The translations under genes and the position numbers were made by a program. A DNA stretch of 64,000 bases from a virus. The DNA is taken from IMG/VR virus record IMGVR_UViG_3300045971_000385, positions 1 to 64,000 of that record. One strand, 5' to 3'. Positions 62,925 to 64,000 of the stretch are shown in pieces (position 1 is the stretch's first letter; each line of letters starts with the position of its first letter). Under the pieces are notes generated by a model that worked only from the letters and a program-made list of their open reading frames with translations, searched no databases and was not told where the DNA came from.

Positions 62925-64000
62925 TGCTCGATATTATTTTCATAAGTTATGATGAGGCGAATGCCGATAAAAATTTTGCTACATTACGAAACCGATTTCC
63001 GTATGCGAAAAGAGTTCATGGAGTAAAGGGCATTGCAAATGCGCATCTAGCCGCATCAAAGAAAGCTAATACTAAATTTTTCTATGTCGTTGATGGAGAC
63101 TCAGAAGTATTAAGTACATTTGATTTTTCATTTAAGCCAGAAGTATGGGATGAAAATTATGTACATATTTGGCACGCATTTAATCCAGCTATTGGTATAG
63201 ATTATGGTTATGGTGGTATAAAACTATTCAATAAATCATTCTTTAAAAATATAGATATCAATAATCTAGACTTCTCTACAACACTCACGAGTGATATAAA
63301 AATCATTGATGAGATAGCAAGCATAACTAACTTCAATTCAGATTCGCTTAGAGCTTTTAGAGGGGCTTTTAGAGAAGCAGTAAAATTAACCCTAACTATT
63401 GAAAATAAAAACAAGTCTAAATCAGAAATAGCTGAGGCAAAAGAGAGATTAAAATGCTGGCAAAAACCCAAACATGATTGTAGATTTGAAAAGCTAATTA
63501 TATCGGGCGTGTATCATGGTATAAAAGCTGCATCCAAATCTAATAAAAGTTTTGCCGACGTAATGTACATTAATAATATGGAATCTTTTAATTCCATTAT
63601 TAGAGAATATCATGCAAATGTTTTCGATGATACACTCGACCCAACACCAAGAGAAGGTAATCCTATGAAGCACGAATTTTTCTTTACTGCCAGAATAGCA
63701 GGAATTCTTTATGATCCGTATGTTAAAGAACATTTACCACTTAGCGAATTAAGAGATGCAATTTCTGATGGACAGTTATTAAGTAAAAATTGGCTAGTAG
63801 AAATATTAGTGGATCTTTTAGATAAGAAAACAATAAAACTATCCGAAGGAAAGGAATTAAAAGTTGCTATTCTTGGAGGTTGGCTGGGCACTCTGGCTCT
63901 AATGATTAATGTTAGAGAGCTGCCATTTAAAGTTACAAGTATAGACTTAGATGGAAGAGCAAATACAATCGCAGAAAAATTAAACTACGATTTTAATTTC
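62924..64000 (+). CDS. partial (3'-truncated) GT2-like glycosyltransferase fused to class I SAM methyltransferase-like domain
   Basis: MLDIIFISYDE...GVKG..NAH...VVDGD...YGYGGIKL...AFRGAFREAVK, then DGQLLSKNWL...VAILGGWLG...SIDLD; open to the window end, so absent from ORF track. Confidence 0.75.
   Translation, partial: MLDIIFISYDEANADKNFATLRNRFPYAKRVHGVKGIANAHLAASKKANTKFFYVVDGDSEVLSTFDFSFKPEVWDENYVHIWHAFNPAIGIDYGYGGIKLFNKSFFKNIDINNLDFSTTLTSDIKIIDEIASITNFNSDSLRAFRGAFREAVKLTLTIENKNKSKSEIAEAKERLKCWQKPKHDCRFEKLIISGVYHGIKAASKSNKSFADVMYINNMESFNSIIREYHANVFDDTLDPTPREGNPMKHEFFFTARIAGILYDPYVKEHLPLSELRDAISDGQLLSKNWLVEILVDLLDKKTIKLSEGKELKVAILGGWLGTLALMINVRELPFKVTSIDLDGRANTIAEKLNYDFNF

Noticed and set aside
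63208-63891. Three minus-strand ORFs listed at the window end
   Set aside because: They are antisense to the continuous plus-strand GT-MTase ORF starting at 62924
1-64000. Stop-codon reassignment, as in some large phages
   Set aside because: Conserved genes are full length under the standard code, and TAA, TGA and TAG all end genes

Overview
AT-rich, densely coding fragment of a large T4-like (jumbo) myophage genome. The assignment rests on a split type II topoisomerase (gp39+60-like and gp52-like), thymidylate synthase, PhoH, ClpP, two RNA ligases, tail-fibre and virion genes, T4-type late promoters (TATAAATA/AATAAATA), a CUUCGG terminator and about 12 sigma70-type early promoters. No tRNA, rRNA or CRISPR array was seen. 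The most striking element is a four-gene operon at 8059-11556, behind a late-type promoter: nucleotidyltransferase, kinase-fold protein, sedoheptulose-7-phosphate cyclase with the 2-epi-5-epi-valiolone synthase (EEVS) signature, and an SDR. It resembles a minimal C7-cyclitol (carbasugar) activation pathway. The same window carries several glycosyltransferase-like genes, three of them directly behind a large tail gene, plus a GT-methyltransferase fusion and a radical SAM enzyme. Together these suggest, by inference, a phage pseudosugar glycosylation system, possibly of the virion. Other notable signals: (i) a family of late proteins sharing an MK(L/I/V)xE(L/I) N-terminus like the T4 capsid-targeting sequence, including a Nudix, an Alt-like ADP-ribosyltransferase and a nuclease-like protein; (ii) a late-promoter/hairpin translational switch in front of the ART; (iii) an orientation-independent TCAGG/CCTGA motif inside early promoter spacers, with upstream palindromic boxes; (iv) an RNA-repair cluster. 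All family assignments are by motif recognition only; no searches were run.
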